From assembly GCA_951406725.2 (NCBI GenBank), contig OX597821.1, positions 66,278,001 through 66,342,000 on the forward strand: a stretch of DNA of 64,000 bases, written 5' to 3'. The DNA comes from Octopus vulgaris. Its lineage: Eukaryota. Below are positions 28,665 to 43,696 of the stretch, one piece after another (the stretch's first letter is position 1; each line of letters begins with the position of its first letter). A program made the translations under genes and the position numbers. The notes below the pieces were generated by a model that did not search any database, had not been told where the DNA came from, and saw only the letters and a program-made list of their open reading frames with translations.

Positions 28665-29079
28665 CCGTCAAGGGCTTATATGCCCCAACATTAGACTATT
28701 TACCTAAGTCAATGCACGGTGATCGCTTATAAAATTTTAATTTATAAAACATCATTATTATTATTATTTATAGAAGTGTAAAATTTGACACCGTTTACCA
28801 ATTAATCGGTTTTTCTTATCAGAGTGACAGAAGTAGTTGAGTTTAACCCAAGTTATTAAGATGGTCTACATGTAAATCCGAAATCGGGATCCGGCTATGT
28901 ACGCTAGGGACTTACCTCCCTTTGTCAGTCACTTAAGACGGCGCGTTTTCGGCTCCGAGTCAGTTTAACTCTTATCTTTAGCAAAAGCGGTACTAGTCAA
29001 TACTGTCTGACACTTTCGTGACCTCTATTAATTTTGCCTTTAGCTTTTAATTACTAATAAATTACCCTTTTTAATTTGT

Positions 29080-29162
<83 letters not shown>

Positions 29163-29164
<2 letters not shown>

Positions 29165-29505
29165 TTTTACTTGTTTCTGTCATTTGACTGTAGCCATGCT
29201 GGAGCAACGCCTTTAGTCGACCCAATCGACTACAGGACTTATTCTTTGTAAGCCTAGTACTTATTCTAAGTTACGGGTACGTAAACACACCTCCATCAGT
29301 TATCAAGCGATGGTAGGGGACAAACACAGACACTCACACACACACATACATACGTCGGGCTTCTTTCAGTTTCTGTCTACCAAATCCACTCACAAGGCTT
29401 TGGCTACTCCGTGGCTATAGGAGAAGACACTGGCCCGAGTTGCCACGTTGTGGTACTGAACCCAGAACCATGTGGTTGATAAGCAAGCTACTTACCACAA
29501 GCCAC
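29163..29505 (-). mobile_element. SINE family B
   Basis: Colinear with the copy at 8480-8920, with an internal deletion. Confidence 0.88.
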
Positions 29506-30823
29506 AGCGTATATATATAGTACTCGAATACCAGAGGTAGAGTAATACACTTTATTTACAAGCAGCAAAAATATCACAAAGTGTTACTTAGCATTTCATG
29601 TTCAGAACGCGAAACTCTGAGAAATATACGTGCTTGTTGCACAGATAGATACGTACATTCACACATATATTGTTGTTGTTGTTGTTATTATGACGCTAAA
29701 CCATTTTATTCACCTTCATTTTCAGGTAAATATAGGTTTAATGGATTTTCAGAATTGGTAATATATCGTAGAAGACACCCTGTGGAACGTAAATATTTAC
29801 TCTTCTAAGTTTAATATTATGATGAGTGAAAAGAATACCAATTTGACCCTGTCTTTCCCCCTTCCGTGGATGATAAACTAAGAATTGGACGAGTTGCTGT
29901 GCTGAATATAAATATTATAACTCTTGGATGTGGTGCCCCAGCATGGCCGTTGTTCTCTGATATAGAAACATCTCAAATAATATACAGAAATTAGAATAAA
30001 GAGTGAAAAAGACCTAGCGTTTCTAATCATCACTATTCTGGTGACGAGAAGAATAAAAGAGAACTAAGAGGAAGAGAAAGAGAGGGGGGGGAGAAAGAAA
30101 AGAAGAGAGAGAAAAAGAGGGGAGAAGGTGAGTGGTTTCGTTTTGGCTAATGGCCAACAAAACTGATTTTATTGAAAGTTATTTGATATTTCGAAAGTAA
30201 AATTTAAATTGCATTATTGTCTGTTCCATTAAAGGTAACAAATACGAAATCAAAAGGAAAAGAAAATCTAAACGTAGTGTAGCTGATTAAAAATTAAGAG
30301 AAACGCTACAACACAAAAGCAAGATAGCAATTCATCTTACCACCATTGCAAACCTTCTTTAACGAAGTTATAAAGCGAGGGCCCTTGTATAGTATTCTAT
30401 ACAATTTGTTATAAAACGATGACTTGTGTCACATACTGTTATCATAAAAAGCAAAGTACAGAACAGATTTATTAATCTAGTTCTAAATCAAACAAATCGG
30501 CCCAGGCTTGATTTCTTTCGGTCACAGGTTTACTGGATCAAACTTTGTCTAAAGCAGTGGTTCTCAAACTTTTTTTTTGCATATGGGTCCCTTTCGTTCC
30601 TATTTTACTCGTGCGGATTCCCATAGTCATTTGATATTCTTAAAACATCCATTGCTTTTTTATAATTAAATATGATTAAAACGGTAAAGACCCTCTTCAG
30701 TTATGAATGACCATAGGATTGCACCCATAGAGTTCCCCTCCGAGGCACAAGTCCTGGCAAATTTGTTAGAATAAGCCCAGTGGACACCCATGCATACCAG
30801 CCTCACCTTCCATGACATCGATG

Positions 30824-30854
<31 letters not shown>

Positions 30855-30857
<3 letters not shown>

Positions 30858-31010
30858 GACAGTTTCCGTCTGCCAAATCCACTCACAAAGCTTTGGTCGG
30901 CCCGAGACTATAGTAGAAGACAATTGCCGAAGGTGCCACGCAGTGGGACTGAACCCGGAACCATGTGGCTGGTAAGCAAGCTATTTACCACACAACCACT
31001 CCTGCGCCTA
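30855..31010 (-). mobile_element. SINE family B head half
   Basis: Ends CACAACCACTCCTGCGCC (reverse complement of the 5' end). Confidence 0.85.
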
Positions 31011-31669
31011 TAATTATTATTTTTAAATCAGTTCCTTGGAGACGACTAATGTTCTTCCATGTTGAAAACTGACAGTTTCGATATCTTTGTTGTTACTGCT
31101 TTTCTTTAATCTGAGATCGAAGACGTTCTTGACTCGAGCTTCTGAACTTATTTTTTTCCGGGCTTGTGTCCCTAAGACTACATGCCGTATAGTTAATGTA
31201 TCCTTACTTTCCTATGATGCTGTGATGCGATATTTTCAGTTTGTGGGCTCAAGACTTGACTGTTATTCCTTGTAGATCGAGTAACCATGTAGAGCAGTGA
31301 TATGCCCCACCGATGAGACCTGGGAATATTGTGGTAGGGCGTAATGCCGTAGTCGCCAAGTAAAAGGTTCTTATTAAAGTGATTCAGTTTCCTTTCCTTA
31401 GTCAATAATGTAATTTATTTTCCGTACTCAGTACTTAGTAAAAATTTACCGGCAGATTCATTTGTATCAAATAATTGATAGAACATTAAAAATAAAGTTT
31501 TTTTCTTCCATCAGCCAGTGGGACATATGTTTTTCTGGAAATTTATAGTGGGAAAATAAGTTGGGAAACACTGATGTAGAATCTCCCAATTTTTTAAAGC
31601 TCAATGCGTTTTTTTTCTCTATTGTGATACTCCTCTGTTTGATACCTGTAAACATATTGTGGACAGGTG

Positions 31670-32080
31670 AAGAGGAGTGGCTGTATGGTAAGTAGCTTGC
31701 TTACCAGCCACATGGTTCCGGGCTCAGTCCCACAGCGTGGTACCTTGGGCAAGTGTCTTCTGTTATAGCCTCGGGTCGACTAAAGCCTTGTTAGGTAGAC
31801 GAAAACTGAAAAGAAGCCCATCGTATATATGTATATGGATGTATATATATATATGTGTGTGTGTGTGTGTCTGTGTCTGTGTTTGTCCCCCCAACATCGC
31901 TTTACAACCGATGTTGGTGTGTTTACGTCATCCGTAACTTAGCGGTTCGGCAAAAGAGACCAATAGGATAAGTACTAGGCTTACAAAGAATAAATCCTGG
32001 GGTCGATTTGCTCGACTAAAGGCAGTGCTCCAGCATGACCGCAGTCAAATGATTGAAACAAGTAAAAGAGTAAAGAGAGT
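31670..32080 (+). mobile_element. Full-length SINE family B
   Basis: AGGAGTGGCTGTATGGTAAG head through AAACAAGTAAAAGAGTAAAGAG tail. Confidence 0.9.
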
Positions 32081-32463
32081 AAGTGTGGCCTAACGGTAAA
32101 GTTGTAGTGCTCGGAATCGTAAGGTCTTTGGTTCAATTCCAAGAATAAGCAATGCATTGTGTCCTTGAACGGTACATTTTATTTCGCATTGCTTCTGTTA
32201 CTTCATTTAAAATAAGTACCTGCTCAGTGTTTGGGCGGCCCTCTTTCCCCCCACTGGTTTTATCACGGATGTTTTGCCGAGTCAAGAGTAGAAATGGTCG
32301 AGATGGTGTCTTTGTCTAACGAACGGCCCACAAGAGCTTAAAGCGATGTTATCAATTAAGTCATATCAACCTCTGGGGTTCGGTTGTGTGTGTCTTTTTA
32401 GCAGGGGTAGCGAGGGAGATTTAGAAAAATGGCTGTTCTCAACAGCGAGGATTAATTATTCAG

Positions 32464-32576
<113 letters not shown>

Positions 32577-33654
32577 AGCGAACTTGAAAAATATTAACTC
32601 GAGAGCAACATTAAAACGGCTGATGTCAAATAAGTCAGCAAAGAATCATCGACACCAAATAAGGGACGCGAATGCGGCCGTGCTGAAACGTACCGTAACT
32701 CGTGACCAATCATGCGCAGATAAGTACAGATGCATGGACAGCCTTGACCGCTGAAAGACTTTAGAAATAATTTTGACCAGCTTTTCTTGAAAACTTGAGG
32801 AAGAAAAACAAAATTTCTGGAACATTAAACTTTACGTTTGTATGTGCACTATATTCCGAACATAGTTTAGTTCTCAATGGTGTTAACTTTCGCTTTTATT
32901 CAGCGACAGGCTGAAAGAATTATAGCGGTAAAGTATAAAGTAGAAAATTAAATAAGTTCGAATGAGCTGAACTGCATTCTTACATTTCAGAAGAGCCATG
33001 TTCTTTAGAATTACAAGGGATTCAGTTCTATCTCAGAATCCATCAGTTACAACCACCCCTACCTTCATTTACATCCATGACCTCTGCGACAAGTATCAGA
33101 AACATACTTCAAATTGCATTCTTCATTTCGGTAAAGCTTGGCTAATGACTTAAGCAATTGTGTGATATTTAGTAAAGAGTTAAAAAAGAAGAAAAAAGAT
33201 GCAAAATATTTTTAATCGCACTTCTGATCGAAAATTTATAATTGAAAAGCTTACACACACACACACACACAAGCACACACGTGCATATACTCACACATAC
33301 ACACACACACACACGCCTCATTTTGGATAAATAATCCATTATTAACAAAGTTAAAAATCTATATGGACTCTATTATAGTCATAGATGTGTGTATGTATGT
33401 ATGTTAGTAAATGTAACATTACTGTGTGTCTGTGTTTATGGACGTACATCTATGTGTATGTGCGTGTATGAATATGTCTGCGTATGAGAATGAAAGTGAA
33501 AGTAAGTATGAAGGTGATTGTGTGTATGTAAGTGCGTTTGTGCACGCGCGTGTGTGTGTATGTGTGTAGGCATAAAGAATGGAAGCAATTAACATCCTAC
33601 TTGAAATCAGAGAATTCATCGTCAGTGTTTAATTGCATAAATACATATGTCTCT

Positions 33655-33690
<36 letters not shown>

Positions 33691-33846
33691 GTATTTGTAT
33701 TTCAGGGACAACTTTAAAAAGAAAAAAAGGTAATAAACAAACAAAATATTGAAGGTAAGGATATTAAATATTAAAAGTATTAAGGTCTGACAAAGAGTAG
33801 TAGTAGTTGTAGTAGTAATAGTAGTAGTAGCAGCAGCAGATGTTGC

Positions 33847-33917
<71 letters not shown>

Positions 33918-34653
33918 ACAGAGGAGGCGGAGACAAGGATATGTTGATGCGTGATAGAGCATTTAATAAACATTATCATAACAGATTCTTAAGTATGTCT
34001 GTCTAAACGTATATATATACACACACACACACATGCACACACACATACACGTACGCACACGCGCACACACAAACAGACAAAACACTCACAAACACACACA
34101 AATGGAATATACATATACATGTAACAGAGGGAGAGAGAGAGAGAGGGAGAGGGGAAAGAGAGAGAATGGGAGAATTACAAAGACAGACATACAGGTATAC
34201 ATACATAAATACATATATACATACATATATATATACATAAATATACAAATACATATATACATATAAATATATATAAACATACATACATATACTTGTATAT
34301 ATATATACACACACACATATATAACACATACATATATACGTATATATATATATATATATATACAGATAGCGTTACAAAGATATCGTAGACTCCAACGTCT
34401 TCGCTTAAAATAAAGGTGCTTAACCAACAAACCAGCCAGCCAACCAACCAGCCAACGAATAGACATAAAAACAAATAAACAATTAAACACAGCAAAACAA
34501 TAAATGAAATAACGATGAGATGATTCAGAGGTGAATGAAAATACGAAAGAGTGGAAGTAGAAATTAAGCAGATATGAAGAAATAAAAATGAAAAAAATGT
34601 TAAAAGATTTAAATAATAAAATAATAATGATAATAATAATAATAATAATAATG

Positions 34654-34708
<55 letters not shown>

Positions 34709-34716
34709 TAATAATG

Positions 34717-34784
<68 letters not shown>

Positions 34785-35956
34785 TATAATAAAATATATG
34801 AATGAACTACAGTTATTAATCGATAAAAAATAAATTAACAAAGAAAATAAAACAAATATGTGAAATAATAAACTGGTTTGGTAAAGGGGATAATTGATGA
34901 AACCTTATAGAGTAGAATCACTTTTGAGTAGGAGTTCGTATATCTTGAAGAGTAACGGGCACGTCGAAGTTATCATTTCAATATATATATATATATATAT
35001 ATACATCCCCATACAGACTGCACTTAATATTAATAGTGGCGGAAGGAAAAAAAAATCACCGTTTTTTTTTATAGTTAACGGTTTATTTTCTGTTTTGTTC
35101 TGAGAACGACAATTTCAAATATAACAAATGTTCACAAATATAAAACGTTTTATACACTTCACTGAGAAAACAGGACATTTTTGTCTATTACGAAGTTTTA
35201 AAATTGCCTCGTATGTATGTGTGAATTTGGATGAAGCGACAACCTCTAAGTAGTTTCCATACGTTACAAGTTAACTTTGATCCGGCGAACTTTATCGTTC
35301 GTTCGCCGAACTACAACCCATCCATCTTAATGTTTATTTGTTATTTTATATTTGTATGCATCTCGAGTGTTGTTGATACTGTGAAGTAATCAAGAAGAAA
35401 CTTATGTATGTATGTATGTATGTGTGTGTGTATGTATGTATGTATGTGTGTATGTATGTATGTATGTATGTATGTATGTATGTATGTATGTATGACTGGA
35501 TAGCTATCTATATCAGCATACAGATACACATACACACCCACATGTACACACACACACAGATATATATATATATATATACCGGAGTAAGCACGTAAATGTG
35601 AAACAAAGTGGAAAAAGACCCTTGAAACTTGAAACTGAGTAACAGCTTTTGTTATAGTTCTGCTGATTTTAAATAATATATATATATATATACACAAACG
35701 AACTCACATCAAGAATCTTGCAAACCAAATCTCAAAACGAAATATATATATGTATACATCCCCCCCCACACACATATATATATATATAAAATAAAACTAC
35801 TATTATGCAACTCAAACAGTGATAGGCATAAACCAATACAGAAACCAATACATAAATAGCAAATAATATATATATATAAATATATTTTTTTAAATATATA
35901 ACTTATAAGTAGATCTCAAAAAGTATAAAATTAATGATAAATATATAAGTAAAAAT

Positions 35957-36054
35957 ACTACGTATGTTTCATGGCCACAATTAAATTCGAATTACAATTA
36001 AGTTTAAATTCAATTGAAATAAATTCGAATGAAAATTATAGTCAATCTTCAGGT
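35957..36054 (-). ncRNA. Decayed type-I hammerhead with long stem II
   Basis: Minus strand: AC-CUGAAGA-U-UGACUAUAAUU..AUUCGAAU..AUUCGAAU..AAUUGUGGCCA-U-GAAA-CAUACG-U-A-GU. Stem I only 2 bp. Lies in an AT-rich repeat (36280-36345 is an inverted homologue of 18600-18680). Confidence 0.5.
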
Positions 36055-36433
36055 TAATGATAATAGTTAAATAAATAAGCAAATAGAGTTTAACAATATT
36101 TATTTAAGAAATAAATAAAATAATAATTTTTCTTATAGAAAAATCTCCGTTAACTAAATTAGAAACTTAAAACATTAGGATATTTCCGACAACACGTTTA
36201 TTATGTTAAATATTTATTTTTAAGGTAAAATAATAGATAGAAATATGTATTTATCTTTGAAGTTTATATATTTATACTGTGAAATTTGATTTAATACTAA
36301 ATTGAATTTTTCCCTATAAGTTTGGAGTTATATTCTCTAATATTATTACTATTATTATTATCATTATTATTATTCAGTAGTTTTATTTTTATAGCGTGCT
36401 TTCACTTCACTACCGAGCACAGCTCTGTGTGCC

Positions 36434-36489
<56 letters not shown>

Positions 36490-37119
36490 CATAATATAAA
36501 TATATATATATATATATATAAGTATATACATATATTTACACACATATACATACATATACATACACACATATACACAGATATCTATCTATCTGTATTTATA
36601 TATACATATATATATATATATACACACATATGTATATCTATGTATATGTTTGTATAGATGTGGGTGCAGTGCACTATGGATGAATAGTTAAGACGTTTGC
36701 TTCGTAAGCGCCAGATTCCGGGTTCAATGTCACTGGATAGCATATTGGGCAAGTTTTGCTTACTATAGCCTCGGATCGGTCCATACTTTTTAAGTGAAAC
36801 TGAGTAGACGGAAATTGTATAGAAGTTCGTCAGGTGGATGGGACCCTTAAACCATAAGAGTCAGCTTTGTTACAAACTGAGTCACGCTGATTCTGCCTGA
36901 GAATTACATTAAGGATACACGTGTGTGTGTGGAACGCTCAACTACGTCTACTTTGATTCAGAAGCTGGTAATTCAGTTGAAATCAAACAATTTAATTCTC
37001 ATCGCGTATGACTTAACTACGTATTCAGTCGTTCCTGTATGTGAGTTTCCATTTGACCAAGGCTAATTTCCACGGAGTTCATTGCCAAACGTTTCATCTA
37101 GTATCTTTCTTCTTTTAGT

Positions 37120-37382
37120 TTCGGTCATTCGACTGCGGCCATTCTGGAGCACAGCTTTGAATGGTTTTCAGTCGAAGTGATCGACCGCAGTACGTCTTTC
37201 TTTTTTAAAGTTAAGTACTTATTATATCGGTCTCTTTGCCGAACCGCTAAGTTACGGGACATAAATAAACAAGTACCAGTTGTCAAGTGGTGCTGATGAT
37301 CAAACATAGGCACAAAGATACCCCCATGCATACATACATACATACATACATACATACATACATACATACATACATACATACA

Positions 37383-37416
<34 letters not shown>

Positions 37417-37509
37417 CATACTTACATACATACATACATACATACATGCATGCATGCATACATACATACATACATATATACATACATACATATATACATA
37501 CATACATAC

Positions 37510-37540
<31 letters not shown>

Positions 37541-37546
37541 CATACA

Positions 37547-37580
<34 letters not shown>

Positions 37581-37705
37581 CATACATACATACATATATA
37601 CATACTTACATACATACATACATACATACATGTATGCATGCATAGATATATACATACATATATACATACATACATATATACATACATACTTACATACATA
37701 TATAC

Positions 37706-37736
<31 letters not shown>

Positions 37737-37790
37737 CATACATACATACATACATACATACATACATGCATACATACATACATATATACG
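37120..37790. repeat. SINE B tail half (minus) followed by a ~460-bp (TACA)n tract
   Basis: Direct reading. Confidence 0.88.
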
Positions 37791-37990
37791 TTCGTACGTA
37801 CATACAATTAGAAAATTATGTCTGATACCATTACAGACCAAAAAGAAGTCCCTCAGAGAGATAGTGTGTCAGAGATGCTCTTCGTCCTCTCATTAAATCT
37901 ATTATGATACCTGCTCACAAAACATAAAAATGGATCCAGAAGTTTCGCTTATCTTTTCTTTGTTAACTTGAAACAGTACGGGCCAAATAT

Positions 37991-38097
<107 letters not shown>

Positions 38098-38164
38098 ACA
38101 CACACACACAAAACAAAACAAAAACAATTCGACTGCAATACCCAATTTTGTTACAGACATTGAA

Positions 38165-38955
38165 ATGAAAATTTGTTGAGTCCAAATTGTGCCCTCCACT
38201 GAAAACCTAAAGATGAACGGCTTGACAATACAACCTCAAAAGTCGGGTGACAATTATAAGTATCTAGGACAGGAGGAGAATGTCAGATATGATGGACCAA
38301 TAAATAAAGAGAGGACCAGGAATGAATACCTATGGAGAGTAAAGAAAACATGCTTATCAGGACTCTCAGCATACAACAAACATTTCGCTCATAACACCTC
38401 TGTAGTGACTATTCTTACGTCTTTGTTTGGATTTTTGAACTGGTCACTATAAGAACTTATTGAGACTTTTGAACTCGCAGACTGCTCAGTCTTACAGGAA
38501 ACTTCAACATCAATGGAGATGTAGACAGGCTATACTTCCCACACAGGGATGATGACCGTGGTTTCAAGTTTGTACTGATGTCGTATCAAACGCGTATTGT
38601 GAGAGATATGCATCAGCTCTTACATAAAATCTATTTATCAAAAGAACAAAATGAAAAAATTGAAAAAATATACCAGTTCACTGGGAATATAGTACTCGGG
38701 TACCTGGCACGAAAAACACAATCCATCATAGAAGGGATTGATCATGTCAAAGGCTTGGCATGGAATACTGACATGTTCATGACATCCTGTTTCAGAGGCT
38801 ATTTCTATGCTTTTCAAGGCTATTTCTATGCTTTTAAAGAGTTCCCTACCAGGTACCTATTGAATAAAAGTAAGAAAACATTGACAAACAGCAAATGTAG
38901 GCAGTGCGAGAGCAAGACTGAAGATATAATCCACATTATTGACAACTGTGTGAGT
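38165..38955 (+). pseudogene. Decayed R4/Dong-like (RLE-type) non-LTR retrotransposon fragment
   Basis: YKYLGQEEN..LSAYNKHFAHNT..FG.LNW, GNFNINGDVDRLY.P...RG, and CCHC knuckle CRQCESKTEDIIHIIDNC. Stops and frameshifts present. Confidence 0.8.
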
Positions 38956-39287
38956 TGACATTTGGATATGAATGTGGTTCGAAAAATACAGGAGAAAGAG
39001 GATATCTGTGGTCCATCGATAGGGAGTTTGTTAATCCAGTATTCCCGGATAGACTTACAACTTCATACCTATTATTACTGGAGCAACAGGAAACGTACAA
39101 ACCCTCCGTAGAGAGAACTCGCTTCATACACTTCTGATGATCACAATATCTGGCACTGGCACTGTAAAAATCTGCAAGAGCTTCTTAAGATTCAAAGAAT
39201 GATGAACAAAATAAGATGTCCTCATTCACAACCTAGTTTCCTAGCAGTTGGCCGCTCAAAGTTTAATCTAAATCGAAAAAGAGAAAG

Positions 39288-39318
<31 letters not shown>

Positions 39319-39330
39319 GTGTATGTATAG

Positions 39331-39520
39331 AGGGAGAATTCCCCCAAAACACAAAAGACGAAGACAGGTGATTGTAGAAAACAAACAGATGTATTAGTAT
39401 AACGCTCGGGAATTGAAAAAGTCTTTAACGTTTCGAGCCTACGCTCTTCCACAGAAAGGAACGCAGAAAGAAACAAGGAGAGAAAAAAATGTGTGTAGTG
39501 GCTAGCGATCTATCATGGCG
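39331..39520 (-). mobile_element. Family E ~200-bp non-coding element with hammerhead motif (39423-39458)
   Basis: 5' end CGCCATGATAGATCG(C/T)TAGC shared with the copy at 52490. Motif CUUU-CUGUGGA-A-GAGC guag GCUC-GAAA-CG-U-U-AAAG. Confidence 0.8.
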
Positions 39521-40123
39521 TAAATGTATATATATATATATATATACGACGGGTTATCTCACAATTTCTGCCAATCAAATTAAGTCACAAAGCATTGGAC
39601 AGCTTGGAGCTATAACAGAGGACACTTGCGCAAGGTGTCATGCCGAGAGACGGAACCCCAAACCACGTGGTTGTCAAGCGAGCGTTTTAACCATACAGCC
39701 ATGCTAAAGAATAAAACAATTACAAGGCCGTTCCTGTTTTTAGATCAACAATAAACCAGTTTTGGCATCTTTTCAACGTAACACTGACTTCTTCATTCAT
39801 GACTAAAACGGGATCTATTTTGACACTTTTCCACACCTAAATATCGAAATTTCGTTTCGGTGTCCTTTCATCGCTTTACAATTTTTCTTATTCCCCAGCT
39901 TTTGTGCTGTTTTTATCTTCAGTTTCTTTCACATTTCTACATTTCAAATATTTTTGCTGTAATGTAATTGCTTTCTTATCGACAGAAAATAGTTTGTTCT
40001 TCTTATCATGTTCTCTAATTAATTTAGAAAAATCTGACTATATTTTCAGAAAGGTGATTTCTTAGTAGCATTATATATAGTTGTGTTTTTAGTCTTACTG
40101 CAGTTATTTCAGTTGCAATCTAG

Positions 40124-40306
40124 TTACGGGGGGTTGTTGCTATACCCGCCACCGTCGCTGCAGCCATCGCCACCACTGCTGTCACCGCCACCGGTGCCGG
40201 CGCCATCGTCCAGGTAATAGTTGTTGCTACTGTGATTTTCTTGTTGTTGGCGAAGGTGTTCGCTGTAAACGGTCACGTTTTGCAGAGACTCCGTGTAGAA
40301 ATTCAT
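40124..40306 (-). CDS. Candidate short ORF or coding exon (60 aa, Gly/Ser/Asp-rich)
   Basis: Locally GC-rich, non-repetitive, AAAATG start. No recognisable domain. Confidence 0.2.
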   Translation of the reverse strand: MNFYTESLQNVTVYSEHLRQQQENHSSNNYYLDDGAGTGGGDSSGGDGCSDGGGYSNNPP

Positions 40307-40967
40307 TTTCTTGATTACATTATGAAAATAAATTTTTGTCTTTTTTTTCTACCACCAAAAGGCTTCGAACCATTTTCATGTTGGTTTCACATTTTGGCAG
40401 CAAAAGGCCAACAATTTCGTGGGAAGGGGCCAGTCAATTTCATCGACCCCAGTGCTCAACTGGTGCCTATTTCATCGACCTCGAAAGGTCGGTCAAAAGG
40501 CAGGCGTAAAGACGGATGAAATGCCGCGAAGCATTTTCCCCGGAGTGCTAACGATTTTGCCAGCTCACCGCCTGAAACCATTTTCATATTTATCCCATTA
40601 CTTAGGGCAATAAGACAGGCCTGTCGTTTGACACTTTACAAATTTTTGGCAAAAAAAAAATCATTTTCATTATGTATATATACTTCATGATGGCTACGTC
40701 AGAAGTGGCAATAAGAGCTAGTTGCCATTGTGGTAGTAGAATTAACTTAAACAAATTATTTTGCGACAAAAACTAAAATAAAAACTAACATGCACTCAAA
40801 ATTTAACTAATACAATACACAAAATAGATAAGTGTTGAAAACAATAATTTTGATAATAATAAAAACAGCATCAGAAAAGACAAAAACATCTATGAGTAAG
40901 AGAATTTCAGCTTTTGAAGACGTTGTTGCTGAAAAGGAGTTATTAGATTTGAGCACGATTTAAAAAA

Positions 40968-41035
<68 letters not shown>

Positions 41036-41150
41036 AAGAGAGATAAGGATAACTATGACAAAAGAGAGTACCTCCTTGTCCGCCGAATTTATTCAGAAAA
41101 GAGCGATGTGGAGGGTGACATACTACTCTTTAAGGTACATGAATAAATAT

Positions 41151-41470
41151 AGGCGCAGGAATGGCTGTGTGGAAAGAAGCTTGCTCCCAACCACATGGTT
41201 CCGGTTTCAGTCCCACTGCGTGGTACCTTGGGCAAGTGTCTTCTATTATTGCATAAGTGGATTTGGTAGGCGGAAAGAAGCCTGTCATATGTGTGTCTTT
41301 GTGTCTGTGTTTGTCCCCCCACCAACCATCACTTGACAACCAATGTTGGTGAGTTTACGTCTCCATAACTTAGCGGTTCGGCAAAAGGACCGATGGAATA
41401 AGTACTAGACTTTCAAAGAATAAGTCCGACATGACAGCAGTCAACTGACTGAAACAAGTAAAAGAATAAA
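41151..41470 (+). mobile_element. SINE family B
   Basis: AGGCGCAGGAATGGCTGTGTGG head to GAAACAAGTAAAAGAATAAAAG tail. Confidence 0.88.
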
Positions 41471-42224
41471 AGAATATAAGAATATCAGAATAAAATCGAA
41501 GGAGACTTTCATATGCAATCAGATTAGTGTGTATCAAAGTGAGTTCTATATCTACGAGGTCAGAACAAGCTACATGAACGCATGAGCGTGGTTTGTAAAA
41601 GTAGAGACAATATCAGAAACTATGCTGAGCTAGTTCATCAGACATCTGCGCATAAGATTAATCCAAAGCACATGATCATTGCCACAGACATTGAAATGGA
41701 TGTTGATCCTTTGTTAATCGACATTGTCAGATTATTGTGCGGGCATGTACAATAATCTGACATGCATGAGGAAGGAGGAAATATGTCTGGGTCCTAATGA
41801 CTCGCGAAGACCACAAGGGTACCCACGAGATGTAACCCATTGAAAGGTTTAATAAGAAGATTTAGTTGCTTTATGAATTGTTGTAAATGTCACGTAGGGT
41901 CTTCTACAGAGAAAAAGAAGTAAAGAGAAAATAAAAAGGGGACAACCAAAGGCGGTAGAAATAGAGGCGCCAACCTTAGGAGACCCCAGTGAGGCAGACA
42001 TTGATTTCGGGATCTGGTATTGTCAGGGATCTGACTTATTTTCAGATGCTATTCAGGCAACAAGATCGAAACGAGATTTTTCAGGCGCAGATCTGTGGTC
42101 TCACGAGACTAAAGATATCTCCAATATGAAATGTATGCATATATATTTTTTCACAAAAACATATCGCATTCCGTGCTTATCGATTGCTATGTGAATTATT
42201 ATCTCTCTATATATCTGTTGTATT

Positions 42225-42299
<75 letters not shown>

Positions 42300-42587
42300 G
42301 TATATGCACATAATATCAACGTAGCTGTATATGATAAAACTTGTGAGAAAAGAATACAAAAGAGAAGCAGAGAGTTTTCCTGTATTTTGTACAGGATTAT
42401 CAGAAAATAATTCTCATACTCACCCCATCTCTCTACCATTATTTCTATGAATACACACACACACACACACGCACACACACATACATACATACACACACAT
42501 ACACACATACATAAATGTATGTATGATTGTATGTATATTTGTGTGTACGTGGGTCTGTGTAAGTGTATACATATATGTGTGTGTTTG

Positions 42588-42618
<31 letters not shown>

Positions 42619-42738
42619 GTATATTTATATGCCTACCTAATATGCATATCTATATGTGTATGTATGTATATCTCTGTCTACCTTCATTGTACGTGTCTAT
42701 CTAGCTATGTTTATATATATATATATTTATATATATAT

Positions 42739-42794
<56 letters not shown>

Positions 42795-42867
42795 ATATAT
42801 ACATAGATATATATATGCATATATATATATATATATACATACATATATATATATGCATATATATATA

Positions 42868-42919
<52 letters not shown>

Positions 42920-43264
42920 TGTATGTATGCATGTATGTATGCATGCTTCTTTTTCTTGTAGCTTCTTTATTCTCTTCAGTTCTGTTCTCCATAATCCTGT
43001 TGATTTAAAAAAATTTTTCTTTTTTATGTATTTTACGAAGCGTCTTTAATGTATTTGTGTATTTTTCTCCCAACATTTTACATTTCTGTTTGTGTTTACA
43101 GCAAGATCTGTGATTCTCTGTTTTTGTTTTTCATAATTATTAACCTATCGTGTTCTTTATCGATTTATTATCATTCATACATCCATTCATCCATCCAACC
43201 ATCCAGACATACATACCTACACGCATACGCACATATACACATATGTACATTCTATAATTGCGTG

Positions 43265-43310
<46 letters not shown>

Positions 43311-43319
43311 TATATATAT

Positions 43320-43372
<53 letters not shown>

Positions 43373-43396
43373 CTCTCATATATATTTATATTCATA

Positions 43397-43447
<51 letters not shown>

Positions 43448-43657
43448 TACTCACACACACACACACATATATGTATATATCTGCCTGTCTACCTGTGTCT
43501 TTCTCTCACTTACTCTTTATATATGTATGTATATGTATATACATACTCGCGCATACCTTATTTACATATCTATATACATACATTACACACATACACAGGC
43601 AGTCATGTATATCTACACATATATAATGACACATACAGACATGTATGTATATATATA

Positions 43658-43696
<39 letters not shown>

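Noticed and set aside
42995-43046. Degenerate hammerhead CUGUUGA..GAAGCGUC
   Set aside because: GAAA is broken and there is no stem I pairing; too decayed to call.
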